Assembly (NCBI GenBank): GCA_964187785.1 | Contig: OZ076409.1 | Location: 65,040,001 to 65,104,000, forward strand | Reading direction: 5' to 3' | DNA: 64,000 nt | Source of the DNA: Amphiscolops sp. MND2022 | Taxonomy: Eukaryota | Part shown: piece by piece, positions 24,701-36,249 of the stretch | Layout of the letters: each line of letters starts with the position of its first letter | How positions within the stretch are numbered: position 1 is the stretch's first letter | Translations under genes and position numbers: made by a program | The notes under the pieces: model-generated | What the model was told of the DNA's origin: nothing | The model's input: the letters and a program-made list of their open reading frames with translations, nothing else | The model's database searches: none

Positions 24701-27700
24701 AAATTATTCAATTTTCTGCATCCTTATTTTTAATCAATTTAGTTTTGGCTATAGTAATTTTAATCGGATATTTTTAGTCGGTGCTTTTCTAGGGAAAAGT
24801 GCCCGACTCTTACAGTGGCTAGTTTTTTTTTCGTCAGACCACAGACCTCATCGCGTATGTACCACTTTTTACAGACTTCACTCCCGCTCACATGTACTCG
24901 TCAGTACTCGGTTTACGGTGAACCCAGCGGTCACGGGTTCGAGTCCTTGCTTTAGCCAGAAACTTTTTCGAGCAATTTTTTTCGGCACTGTGCGACTTTC
25001 AATTTTTTTTGGCACTGTGCGACTTTTTTTCGAAATTTTTTTTGTCGCCAAAGGGCCCCCTTCAAGTTTTTTGATATTTTGCAGCAAACTGAAGTTTCAA
25101 AAAGCCCAAAAGGTCCCCCTTTCTAGTTTTTTGGCACTATGAGACTGTTTCAAAAATCTCATTTTTCGTTTTTCTTCGAAAATTTTTATATTTTTTAAAT
25201 GTCTCCAAAGGGTCCCCCCTCAACTTTTTTGATATTTTGCAACAAACTGGATTTTCAAAAAGTCGAAAGGGTCCCCCCTTTAACAAATTTTTAAAAAATT
25301 GCGCTTTTTTGAGCCTTAGATATAGCGCCGACTTTAGACGTTCCCGTCTTATCAAATTCAAAGCCAACCCTCGCTTTGATATCGTTTTGAATTTTATGAT
25401 GCAACATATCCTATGATGTGGGGCAGAGGTGTGACAGCGAGAGCGATGGCGGTAGCGTTGACGACAATTCAGCATTAATTAGCGATAGCGATAGTTAGCG
25501 ACGAATTAGGGCGTTAGCGAAGATTTTCATTCGCTAAACAGAATGCAATGCCGTTAAGGTAAGAACGATTGAAAATATGATACTGCTGAAAAATATTCAG
25601 TGTGGCCGGCAATATGCAGAACCCAAGGCGAACTAGATTTTAAAACTCCGAAATTTAAATGAATATCTTGAAAATCAGTTTTTTAATTAGCGATTAGCGA
25701 ACCCATTTTGTTGTAGCGATAGCGATGAAATCAAGCCATTAGCGATGTTAGCGATTAGCGATAAAAATGGTTAGCGATCACACTTCTGATGTGGGGGTCC
25801 TATTCTACTGGAGTTCATTGGGGTAATAGGCAGGGGAGGTTGGCATATTTTTCAAGAGGCTGTTTTTGGTTTATGACTTCTGTGAAATGGTGTTGGCAGT
25901 AGCAGTACCAAAACAGCCCGCATTGATTGAAAACACCATGAAATAGAACTGAAATCCATTTTGACACAATCGAAGTCCTCTGAAACATTTAAAGCATAGA
26001 TTACCGCATTCAGCCGATTTGAAAAACGCACGAATTTCTCGATAAATATTTCCTTACTTTTAAGTTCTTTCTCAGTTATAACCTTTCTAGTATCTTAAAA
26101 GTAACAATGATCTTCGTTCTTTAATCAAAACATTGCTATTCTTCTCCAGTCAACTAGGAAAAGTTATAACATGGTGAAGTGGTTAGAGTATACGGCCTGA
26201 ACTGGGGCGGTATCAGGTTCGAATCTCAACTCACTATTGTTGGGCGTTTTGCAACTCCTTCATCTCTAGCTTAGTCGTATGGTCATGACAAAACGTAACG
26301 CAGTCGGCGGAGTTCAAGCAGACCATTTCTTGACCATTTGTCTGCATACAATAGGGTACCAAAAAGCTACATATACTTGATTCCAAATCTCAAATCGCCA
26401 TAGTATTTTCATAATCAGAAGATACAAAAGTGATAGCAGCAAAACCTCCTCAAATTTCAATCAGAATTACATTTTGAACTCACACAAAAGTTAGCAAGAA
26501 AGCTCCAGATCAATTTCTCACTTTAAAATTTAACAGTTTTTCTGAAAACGCCCTCCTTAGGAATTCACAGCGCAAAAATACAATTTTTTGGCTGTTCATT
26601 TTTTAGGAAATCATTTTCAGAATAATTGTTCTAATGAAAGTCAAAGAACTGTGTCAAGGCGGCAAAAATGATTGAAGGTAGTTTTTCTTTTGAACAGTAG
26701 TTTCTTGGAGATTGCTTAATAAAGTTCAAAAAGCTCCAAAATTCCTCGAAATACAATGTGATAGAACTTTTTTTCGATTTCAAAACAAATATTACTTTTG
26801 TAATTCTGATCAAACACCTAATGACTCCTGTTAGAGACTTTTGTGCAAATGAATATATTAAAAGTTATTGCGCTCTGAAAATTTTTCGTTAGCCAAATCG
26901 ACTGTCTAGCTTTTCGGTACCCTAGTGTATATGATGGTGAATTCCCAAATAACATTAGAGCAAATAACATAAAAACCATTAGTTTCAAATAACATAAAAA
27001 TGAAATGAGTTTCACTAAACATTAAAATAAAATGGTTTACGAGAAAGTTTTAGTGGTCAAAAGATTGACTGAAAACTGTGAAAATTACAGATAAAATTTT
27101 GAGTTCGATTGTTTAACCGGGTATTCGGTTTTATTTTTGTTATTTGAAACTATTTTTGTTTTTGTTATTTGCTCTTATGTTATTTGGTACGTAATCGCAT
27201 ATGATACCATAGCTTGCTATGGGAAGGTAGTATTCGAAAGGGCGCCGACTTAGAAAAGCAGAATTGCTTGTTCGGCGTTCACCCCGCGGTAATAGAGAAA
27301 TTATTAACTTTATTTCTTCCAAGTAAACTGCGCTGCTATAGCGAAGTGCACCAATTGTGTCGGTATCTGTATTATAGCACGTCAGTTAAGAACAACAAGA
27401 CTACTACCATCTTTATTCGACCTCTTAGTTCTTCCTCAAACGGTGTTAGTCTTGGATTGACTCAATTTTTGCTGAAATTGAATGATATTTATGGTGAAGT
27501 GACCATTGGAAAACAATATAGTTGTGTTTATTCAGTTCAGTACGCAGCATACAAGTCAATCTGATTTTATAATTGTGTAGTACGGTTGTGGTGCGCTTTA
27601 AAAATGCCCATCTATAAATATAGTGTATGGTTTAATCAGAAAAGTGAATCTTGCGTAACGAATCACGGCAATTTTGTAAAATTGAAACATGTTTGACTTC

Positions 27701-30700
27701 TAGGGTGAGGTTTCCCTTGGTCTGATTTTACGACCCACGATAATGTAATATTGTGTCTTAGACGACAACTTTTAGAAGCATATTCAAAGTGTAAGTCTCG
27801 TTATGTATCAAAGGTGCAATTTTTGTTCAAACGTTCCCAGGCAATCAGGGAAAAGCGTTGAATTGTAGCTGCTACAAGTTTTTAATTTCATGTCAAGAAT
27901 TCGGTTGCCTTTTAATGTTGTTTGATGTTTACCATTGAGTAATCAAAATTCAATTTGTTACGACGAAGCTGTTTTGTTTGCTTTCAACTGCTGACCGCTA
28001 ATGTATTTATTAATGGTCGGTCAAATGGTCGGTCCTGATTTTTTTCATGCATCCACTGATGACGTTGAGAGCCGGGGGTAGTTTCCATTAATCTTTATAC
28101 TTTTATCAAGAATTTAGAACCAAGTATCAGCATAATTAATTTCTTCTTAATTAAATTCTTAATTTCAATAAGAACACTTCCTGTTCAGCTGGAACGCTGA
28201 AACCCTCTACGCATCAAGTTTTTTTTGAAATGCAAGGGCTTCAGTTTCTCTGTCATCTTTTGGTATGGAAACGTAAGGACTATAAATTCGGAATCTTTGT
28301 TGGAAAATGATAAAAAGTCATCATTAGCAATGTAGAAAATCATCAAAAAATAAAAGATCATCCAACAAAAAGTTCCAATTTAGTTCCAAAACATCTTATT
28401 GGTCACTTAGATTTGAGTTGTGTTGAGAAACAAGGATCAAAACACCTCACTTCAAAATGGAATTAGTTGCAAGATCATAAATTTGAAACAGCGGCGCTTC
28501 CTCGTCAGAATCATTGGACAAAGATATCATGTACTTTTTAGTCGGCGCTTTATGAAGTGAAACGCGACTATAATAGTGACTTTTTTCAATCCACACGAAC
28601 TGACCAAAATAGTTCTACAAAGTTCTACGAAATTTTAAGGTGTCAAATGGAACCATTTGGTCCAAGGAACTGAACTAAAAGATTTTTCCTTTTTAGTCGG
28701 CGCCTTTTCCCTTAAGGAAAAAAGCCCGAATATTACAGTGGGTAGTTTTTAGTCGGCGTCTTTTCCCTTAAGGAAAAAAGCCCGACTATTACAGTGGGTA
28801 GTTTCTTTAGTCGGCGCTTTTCTAGGGAAAAGTGCCCGACACTTACAGTGGCTAGTTTTTTTTCGTCAGACTACAATCTCACTCTGATTGGACCACTTTT
28901 CTTACAATCGAAACTACTAAAACTACTACCATAAGGCCAAGTCCGGTCAGCGGAAATTAGTGCAAAAATCCCCCTTTCATTTTTTACTATTTTAACGTAA
29001 CCTACAAAACCGGACGAGACTAAAGGTCCCCCCTTTCGATTTTTTTTCGGCATTGTGCGACTTTTTTTCGAAAATTTTTTAATGTCTCAAAAGAGTCCCC
29101 CTTTCGAGTTTTTTGATATTTTGCAACAAAAATATATGTTAATAAAGCCCAAAGGGTCCCCTCTTTTACATTTTTCGGCGCTATGCGACATTTTCTGAAA
29201 GAAAAAAATTCAAAAATTTCAAGTTTTTTTCAAAAAAAGTCTTTTGCGCTTTTTGAGCCTTAGATATAGCGCCGACTTTAGACGTTCCCGTCTTGTTTTC
29301 TTTTTCAGCTGACAATCTCACTCTGAATGGTCCACTTTTCTTACAATCTTACAATTTCTCAATTTCTTACAATTGTTAGCTTACGAAGTAGTATTTTCAT
29401 ATCATTTAAGAAACTCAACGGGACCAAAGAGTATTTTCGGCTCTGTGAGAGTTTTTTTGAAAATTTTTTCACCGAAGGGTCCCACCTTCAATTTTTTGAT
29501 ATTTTTGGACAGAATGGATTTTGAAAAATCCCAAATGGTCCCCCCTTTCAGTTTTTTTCGGCATTGTGAGACTTTTCGGAAAAAAAATCCATAAAAGGGT
29601 CCCCAATTCACCAATACTTTGACATTCCGAAGTCCTTTTGGTATTTTTGAACTTTAGATATGGCGCCGACTTGGGCCGATCCCGGCTTGTTTTTCTTTTT
29701 CAGCTGACACTCTGAATGGTCACACTTTTTACAATTTTCATGATTCATGAATTTTAGCAAGCAAATTTATAAATAATTGCACAAAAGTTTACAACGATTT
29801 TTTACATCTAAGAAATTTAACGGGACCAAAGGGTACTCCCTTACAGTATTTTCGGCTCCGTGAGACTTTTTTCGAAAATTTTCAAATGTGACCGAAGGAT
29901 CCCCTTTTTGATGTTTTTTGTAACCATAAGCCACTTTTTGTGTCCAAAGGGTCCCCTTTCGGGTTTTTCGGCACTGTCGAGACGTCAACATGGATTCTAG
30001 TTCGGATATAACGTTTCAGAGTTCGGATGTAACGTTTTCAATGTTCGCATGTAACGTTTTGAAAGTTCAGATGTGACGTTTTCCAAAGTTCGGATATAAC
30101 GTTTTCAAAGTTCGGATATAACTTTTTTCATTTCTCGTATAATATCAATTTTTTGCCCCAAAAAAACGTTATATCCAAAATGTCACATAATTTGCTTCCA
30201 AAGTAATGCTTAGGGTTTCAGTACTATAAGACTTTTGGATTTTCGAGCCTTAGATATGGCGCCGACTTGGGCCGATCCCGGCTTGTTTAGCTTAACATAC
30301 AGTACCGGGCGAGACTAAAGGGTCCGCTTTCAGTTTTTTTGGCATTGTTAGACTTTCGAAAAATTTTTAGTGTCTCCAAAGGGTCCCCCTTTAGTTTTTT
30401 GATATTTTGCAACAGACTGCATGTTGGAAAATCCAAAAGGGTCCCCCCAGCGCGCCAGTTCGGTCCAACGTTTAGGTTTTTTGGGTACTGTAGAAGAGAA
30501 TACTTGACACTTTGAAGTCCTTGTGTTATTTTTAGTCGTCGCTTTTCTAGAGAAAAGAGTCGACTAAGTCATGGCTTTCCGTCAGTTTTTTTTCGGTAGA
30601 CCTGAACTGCTCAAAATAGTTCTACCAAAAGTTCTTCAATTTTGGAAATGTCCCTATTGGCAATCTACATACTACCTTTGGACAATAAAGGAGTCCCCTT

Positions 30701-33032
30701 CGACAATAACATCGCCCATCCCCTTTGGATTTTTTTGGGAAACCGGATATAACGTTTCTTGGCGAATTTTTCAATGATACAAAAGCCCCCCCCCTTGTGA
30801 GTTTTAAGATATTTAGAGTTTATACGAAATCATTTGAAGCCAAAGGGTCCCTCCTTTCGATTTTCTTCGGTATTGTGAGACGTTATTCTTAACTTAACCG
30901 AACATTTGTTTTATTAATACTTTGTTTAAGCCTTTTTTGGCTCTGTGCCTTTTTTTCCGAAACTTTCATTTGGTCAAAGGGTCCCTCCGGCTTGCATAGC
31001 TGATTTCGGCTTGAGAAAAGGTAATTGTTCGAGCTGAAAGTTCCTTTTTTGGCACTCTGATACTTTTCTGAAAAAAATCAATTTTTTTTCGAAAAATGGA
31101 TTTTTTGTTTCCAGTTAGGAAAAATGTGGTTTCCGAGTTAAGTGGTCCGGAATATAAAATGAAAAAATCATGAATTTTGGAGAAACTTTGTGTATGTGAA
31201 TATTTTTGACTCCGTAGTGCCGAATTTTTATTTTCTGCTGTGATTAAGTATCTATTAAATGTTCCACTGGTTGAAGGCATTTTGTTTTAGGCTTTGTTTC
31301 TTCCATTCACTTCATTGACGACCAGCAATTGATCTGTAGCTCAGGAGACAACTCGTCTGCTCTGTGGAATTGTGAGGACAACGTCAAATTAACATCTTAT
31401 GAAGGTACGTCTCCTCCGCATTCATCTCAGAAACACTGTTGACTATGTCATCGTCATTAATGTCTGCGTTGGCAACTCAACTCGAGTGTGCTTCATTATG
31501 GAATTGGAAAATTCAAAAGACACTTGCTGTAAGGACGTGCTAAGCAAATCACGCTGAGTGCAGAACTTCTGATAGTGACGTTTCAGGAGTGATTTTTGAG
31601 GAGTTTCATTTATCACTCATTCATTTGGTATTCTAAAACTCAAGTTTCAATCAAACTGCCTGATTTCACATCAGGAAGTAATATTATGCATTGTAAATAT
31701 TCAACTCTAATAGAAAATGTCAACAAAAATTGCTGAAACTTTCAGTGTTTTGAGTGATGTTCACTGCATTCTTTAAAAAAATAGTTGCAAGAAGTCTTTT
31801 TGATAATGAAAGATAGGATTTTTGATATTTATTTGTAAGTTTCTGCGCAGTCCAAAATTCTGATCACCATAAGCCTCTCTAAAAACGTTCGTTTTCTTTT
31901 TTTGCTTGGGTTGAAGTATTTTTTGCTTAACCAGAAGTTCGTATTTCACAGAGAACTATGCTTAAAGAGACCTAAAAAGATGAAAATCCAAATTTCTCTG
32001 AATTTTTGAAAACTACATTTATCGGAACCAATAACATTTGAGAACTTGTCATATGAACAGAATGTTTTCCGGAAAATCCTTGGGCTACAAAAATAATAGC
32101 TGGTATAATTTCTCTATGCTGGCTTGAGTGTGAATAGTGGTTTGTTGATTCAGGTCACACGGCTGAAGTGATGGGAGTGGCTGCGTCGAGTGACAACACC
32201 ATCTTCGTCAGTGGCTCCTGTGACAGGACGGCCAAACTGTGGGATGTGCGCGAGAAAAGTGCCAGACAGACGTTCACTGGACACGAGCTGGACATCAACT
32301 CCATCTGCATGTTCCCCTCTGACCGCGCTTTCGTCACCGGCTCCGACGACAACTCCTGCAGACTATTTGACATCCGCTCAGACCAGGCATGTCATCACAT
32401 TGATATCTTCCAAAAATATTTTTTGAAAAAACTGTGGGTTTCATATAAGCTGAGCGTTTTGGTTCTTTCTGCGTGAAGGGAAAGTTAACAGTGCGTCTTG
32501 GATGCTTCATGCAATGAGTTATATAGCCAATTTTGGTTATTGAATTTCTATGAAACTCATTATTTTTGACCGTTTATAATTGGATTCTAACCACTTCGGG
32601 TTCAGACAGGTAACTTTAAAAAGAATAGCTTGAAATTGAGGCTTCTTTTTTTAAAGAAAACCGTTTCAGTTGTCAGTAAAATTTTGAAGGTTGTTTTATA
32701 TCGTAGAAATAAAATCATGACATTTTTTGAACTGGCGACCCAGAACTTTGGTAAAGATAATTGTTGACGTGCCTGTCATGCGTTACCAGTCGGTGGCTTC
32801 GTACACTCAGCTGAATCTCAACTTCGGAATCTCCTCCGTGTGCTTCTCGAAGAGCGGGAGACTTCTCTTCGTTGCATGTGACTTTGATGTCCTCATCTGG
32901 GACACGCTGAAGAGTCTGAAAGTGGGCATCCTGTCTGGCCACGAAGCCAGGGTCTCCTGTCTGGGCGTGAACAGCGAAGGCACCGCCGTTTGTTCAGGCT
33001 CTTGGGACGCCAAGCTCAAGGTGTGGAACTGA
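18708..33032 (+). CDS. GNB: Divergent heterotrimeric G-protein beta subunit (WD40); exons 18708-18771 (tentative), 20692-20843, 21926-22019, 23276-23566, 31291-31404, 32154-32386, 32790-33032; about 396 aa
   Basis: Coiled coil [126 protein letters not shown]. Exons total 1191 nt in one frame. Introns 1 and 6 are GC-AG. Paralogue (GNB1-4 versus GNB5) unresolved. Confidence 0.92.
19716..20457 (+). mobile_element. Helentron/DINE-1-like copy inside predicted G-beta intron 1
   Basis: TTTTTAGTCCG start, family internal modules, end GCGCCGCCTTTGGCCGTTCCCGGCTTGTT. Confidence 0.65.
23686..24509 (-). mobile_element. Helentron/DINE-1-like copy, interrupted by unrelated sequence at about 23970-24390
   Basis: Reverse-complement termini AACAAGCTGGGAACGGCATAAGTCGG and GCACCGACTAAAAA. 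Confidence 0.6.
24771..25350 (+). mobile_element. Helentron/DINE-1-like copy with tRNA-like module
   Basis: Family termini. Internal GGGTTCGAGTCCTTGCTTTAGCCA. Nearly identical to 63364-63971. Confidence 0.7.
25424..25788. mobile_element. hAT-like MITE with (T)TAGCGA subterminal repeats
   Basis: TIRs CAGAGGTGTGA / TCACACTTCTG. Perfect 8-bp TSD ATGTGGGG (25416-25423, 25789-25796). Confidence 0.85.
26168..26236 (+). repeat. Degenerate tRNA-derived sequence (SINE head or tRNA pseudogene)
   Basis: A-box-like TGGTGAAGTGG and B-box GGTTCGAATCT at tRNA spacing. No intact cloverleaf. Confidence 0.45.
28535..30530 (+). mobile_element. Four-level nested stack of Helentron/DINE-1-like elements in G-beta intron 4
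   Basis: 5' termini at 28535, 28690, 28746 and 28806. 3' termini at about 29297, 29691 and 30287. Outer bodies resume after each 3' end. Confidence 0.72.
30000..30125 (+). repeat. Minisatellite, about 21-23 bp (GTTCGGATATAACGTTTTCAAA) x about 6
   Basis: Directly visible tandem units inside a Helentron-like copy. Confidence 0.85.
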
Positions 33033-34443
33033 TACAGAGCGTGGAGAAAGGAGCGATTTGATGCTACAAATCAAAAACACTTATCAGTGCAGTGAACAGA
33101 AGAAATGATGCTGATAGCGCAAGTGATAAATGTTCCAATTTCAATTCAAACTCATCATTGCGTAAATATAACGTAATTAGTACAAACTTTTTGTAACAAA
33201 GCGGATTTGTGAACGAAACCAAGGCGCTGCTTCTCTCAAGTTGCTATTCATTGTTTCTCTCAATTTTCACTGATTAATATATAGGGTAAAGTTTGCGCGT
33301 TTTCATGTTTTGTACATTGATGCGTATGCATGATAGAAATGGTTTGCTCGATGGTTTTCTGGACCATTCGGGCTAAAAGTCTGAAAAATAAGGTAGCTGC
33401 TGTTTTTGTTGTTTCTATTGTAAAGTTGGATAATTTTTTATAAATGGATAATGAATTTATTTAATTCTTAGTAAATTACACTTTACCAAATGAATTTATG
33501 CCGATTTGCAAATCAACTTTGATGATAGGCATTAATGCACTGTGAAACGTCCTTTTTGTAGAATCTCCAGAAGACGTTCTGTTGCGCCCATTGAATCCTT
33601 TTATTGACCCAAATTAGCGAGATGACCTCTTTACCCCGTTTCCTTCCCATAACCTGATCGGTCAACGGTTGAAGTGTCACTCGGTATGTCGCTATCAGAT
33701 GTTCAGAAACTTGGGTTTGATAAAAATTAATCTACATAAGTCTCAATTCGTGGTTTAAAATTGAGAATTGAAAAAAAATAGACAATCGTGATGCCCTCCA
33801 AACAACGTTGATGATAAATGACACCAAGGAACGTCTAAGGGTCTTTTTGATGTTTTGTGATACCCCCCCCCCACGTCGAACTTTATGATTAACGACATTT
33901 ACCTTCAGAATTAGAATTCCTTTCGTTTCGGGGAAGGGTGTTAACACCAAAAAGATCCATATCATCGAACCACTTTAAAATTCAACCAACTGTCCAAAAG
34001 TAATTAAGGCAATAAATTGCACACTCCTCTCTAGTATCTTCATTTGAGCACGTTTCTGTAATTGCTGCTTGGTGCTTCATATATTATTACTAATACTTGG
34101 ATACTCGAAGTGAGAGACCCTGATGATGAACACAACCTGTAACAGTGAATGATTTCTATTCTGGCCAATTTCTTCTTTACAAGAGTCGAACTACCATTTC
34201 TTCAGTGAACAGCTCATTCGGGCTCAGGTTATTAAAGATCCCACAGTTCATTTTCGACTCAATAATTGGTCCAGATGCCACAGTGATGCATGGATTTTAG
34301 ATTCGATAAATTTATAACATTTATTTTCGCCAATTTTGTAGATACGTGAATTTGATGATTAAATTTTTGTAGCCTTTTCCGTTTTCACATTTAGGTGAAC
34401 GGTATTCAAAATATCGCCGGCCCGCTCAATGTTAAAAACATAG

Positions 34444-34983
34444 TTTTTAGTTGGCGCTTCATGAAGTGAAACGCGACTATTATAGTGACTTTTTTTCAAT
34501 CCACACGAACTGTTCAAAATACTTCTCAAAAGCTCTACAAAATTTTATGGTCTAAAATTGAATCATTTGGCCTAGCGAACAGAACCAAAAAGGTTTTTCC
34601 GCGTAAGATACAATACCGGGAGACTAAAGGGTCTCCCTTTCTGCTTTTTCGGCATTGTGGGACTTTTCGAAAAATATTTTCCCCTTCAATTTTTTGATGT
34701 TTCGCGACAGAATGGATGTTGAAAAATCCCAAAGGGTGCCCTTTCTGTTTTTTTTTCGGCATTGTGGGACTTCTTTCGAAAAATATTTTCCCCTTCAATT
34801 TTTTGATGTTTCGCGACAGAATGGATGTTGAAAAATCCCAAAGGGTGCCCTTTCTGTTTTTTTCGGGATTGTAGGACTTCTTTCGAAAATTTCTTTCGGG
34901 TGCTGTAGAAGAGAATACTTTGACACTCTGAAGTCCTGCTATTTTTGAGCCTTAGATATGGCGCCGACTTGGGCCGGCTTGTT
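34444..34983 (+). mobile_element. Helentron/DINE-1-like copy with an internal duplication of about 110 bp
   Basis: Family termini. TTCGCGACAGAATGGATGTTGAAAAATCCCAAAGGGTGCCC is duplicated. Confidence 0.65.
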
Positions 34984-36157
34984 CATCTTCGTTATGACGA
35001 AGACGAAGATAACCTATACTACCATAAAACCAAAAAAGGCACAGATCAGTGAAGTTATCTGTTATCTGGAAAAGATTTCACTTGAAATAATGACAGTTTC
35101 AAAACATTCGAGAGATCTCGTGCATCAGTTTTCGAAGGTGGGGAGAAACAGAAAAAAAGCCGTTTTTTCTTGATTAAAGTGTTGACCTTTTCTATCTTGA
35201 ATTGTTAATAACTTGAACTGAACAGCAACCGTTTTGATTGACACGAGACATCCCAAACTCTTTTCTATTTTATTTGATTCAACATCAGTGAATGTGAAGT
35301 TTTACAATTTTTAACGATTGTTATAATTACAATTTCATATATACTCCATGATATCAAATAAAGAGTGGAGTTTGATCATGTTTTTTGGTTTTAGGTCAAC
35401 CCCCTTCAATTTTTTGATGTTTTGCAACAATGGATGTTAAAAATTGGGAAAGGGTCCCGCCAATTCGGTCCAATTTTTGGGTTTTTTAGGTACTGTAGGA
35501 GAGAATATTTTGACACTTTGAAGTCCTTTTGCTATTTTTAAGCTTTAGATATGGCGCCGACTTGGGCCGGTCCCGGCTTGTTCAAATATGCAAAAGGCTA
35601 TTAATGGGAAAGTTTAATCAAGTTACAGCCCCAAAAATACTCAAAGGGATGCCCATAAGACTCACTTTTACCCTAACGTCAAAACTAACTTCATGTAATT
35701 TTTTCTTTCCGAATAGTCTGTGCCGAAAAACCCAAAAGGAGACCCTCTAAGTTCGCAAAACACTTTTTCCATTCCAAAAACTTAAAAAATGAACTGTATT
35801 CATCCTTCTGAACTTTTTTTCGGAAAAAAGCCCATTGCCGAAAAACCGTAGGCCTTGTCCACATGTATTGAGAAAACCATATGTCACCCCTAATACTCGG
35901 AAAAAGGTTTTCCTTAGAAGAAAACCTCAAAAACAAAAACTAAGAAAAATCCTAATCTTTTACCTAATTTTTTCACAAAAATGTCTTTCAATAGCCGCAT
36001 AGTGCACCTTAGAGATTTTCGGCACTATGAGACTATTCAAAGGGGCACTTTATGCTGATAAAATGCTGGGGTTTTTGGTTTGAAAAATTAGAACAAAGTT
36101 GCATAGTGTCCAAAGGAGGGACTGCTCTTTCATCTACCTTTGCAAGCATAAAAAACT

Positions 36158-36249
36158 TGGTATAGTGCGGGACTCGAACCCCCGAACTCCTGGTTCTCAG
36201 GAACTGACACCAGGCCTGGAAATCCGCGCTAACCACTGGGCCAAAAGGC
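36158..36249 (-). repeat. tRNA-like Pol III cassette within a minus-strand Helentron-like copy
   Basis: On the minus strand: TGGCCCAGTGGTTAG (A box) ... GGTTCGAGTCCC (B box) ... TATACCA, then a T-run. The acceptor stem does not pair. Confidence 0.55.

Noticed and set aside
26168..26236. Functional tRNA gene (also 24890-24958 and 36158-36249)
   Set aside because: Acceptor and anticodon stems do not pair, so these are treated as tRNA-derived repeats.
34120..34155. CTGATGA hammerhead-like starts (also about 28056)
   Set aside because: No stem II followed by GAAA.
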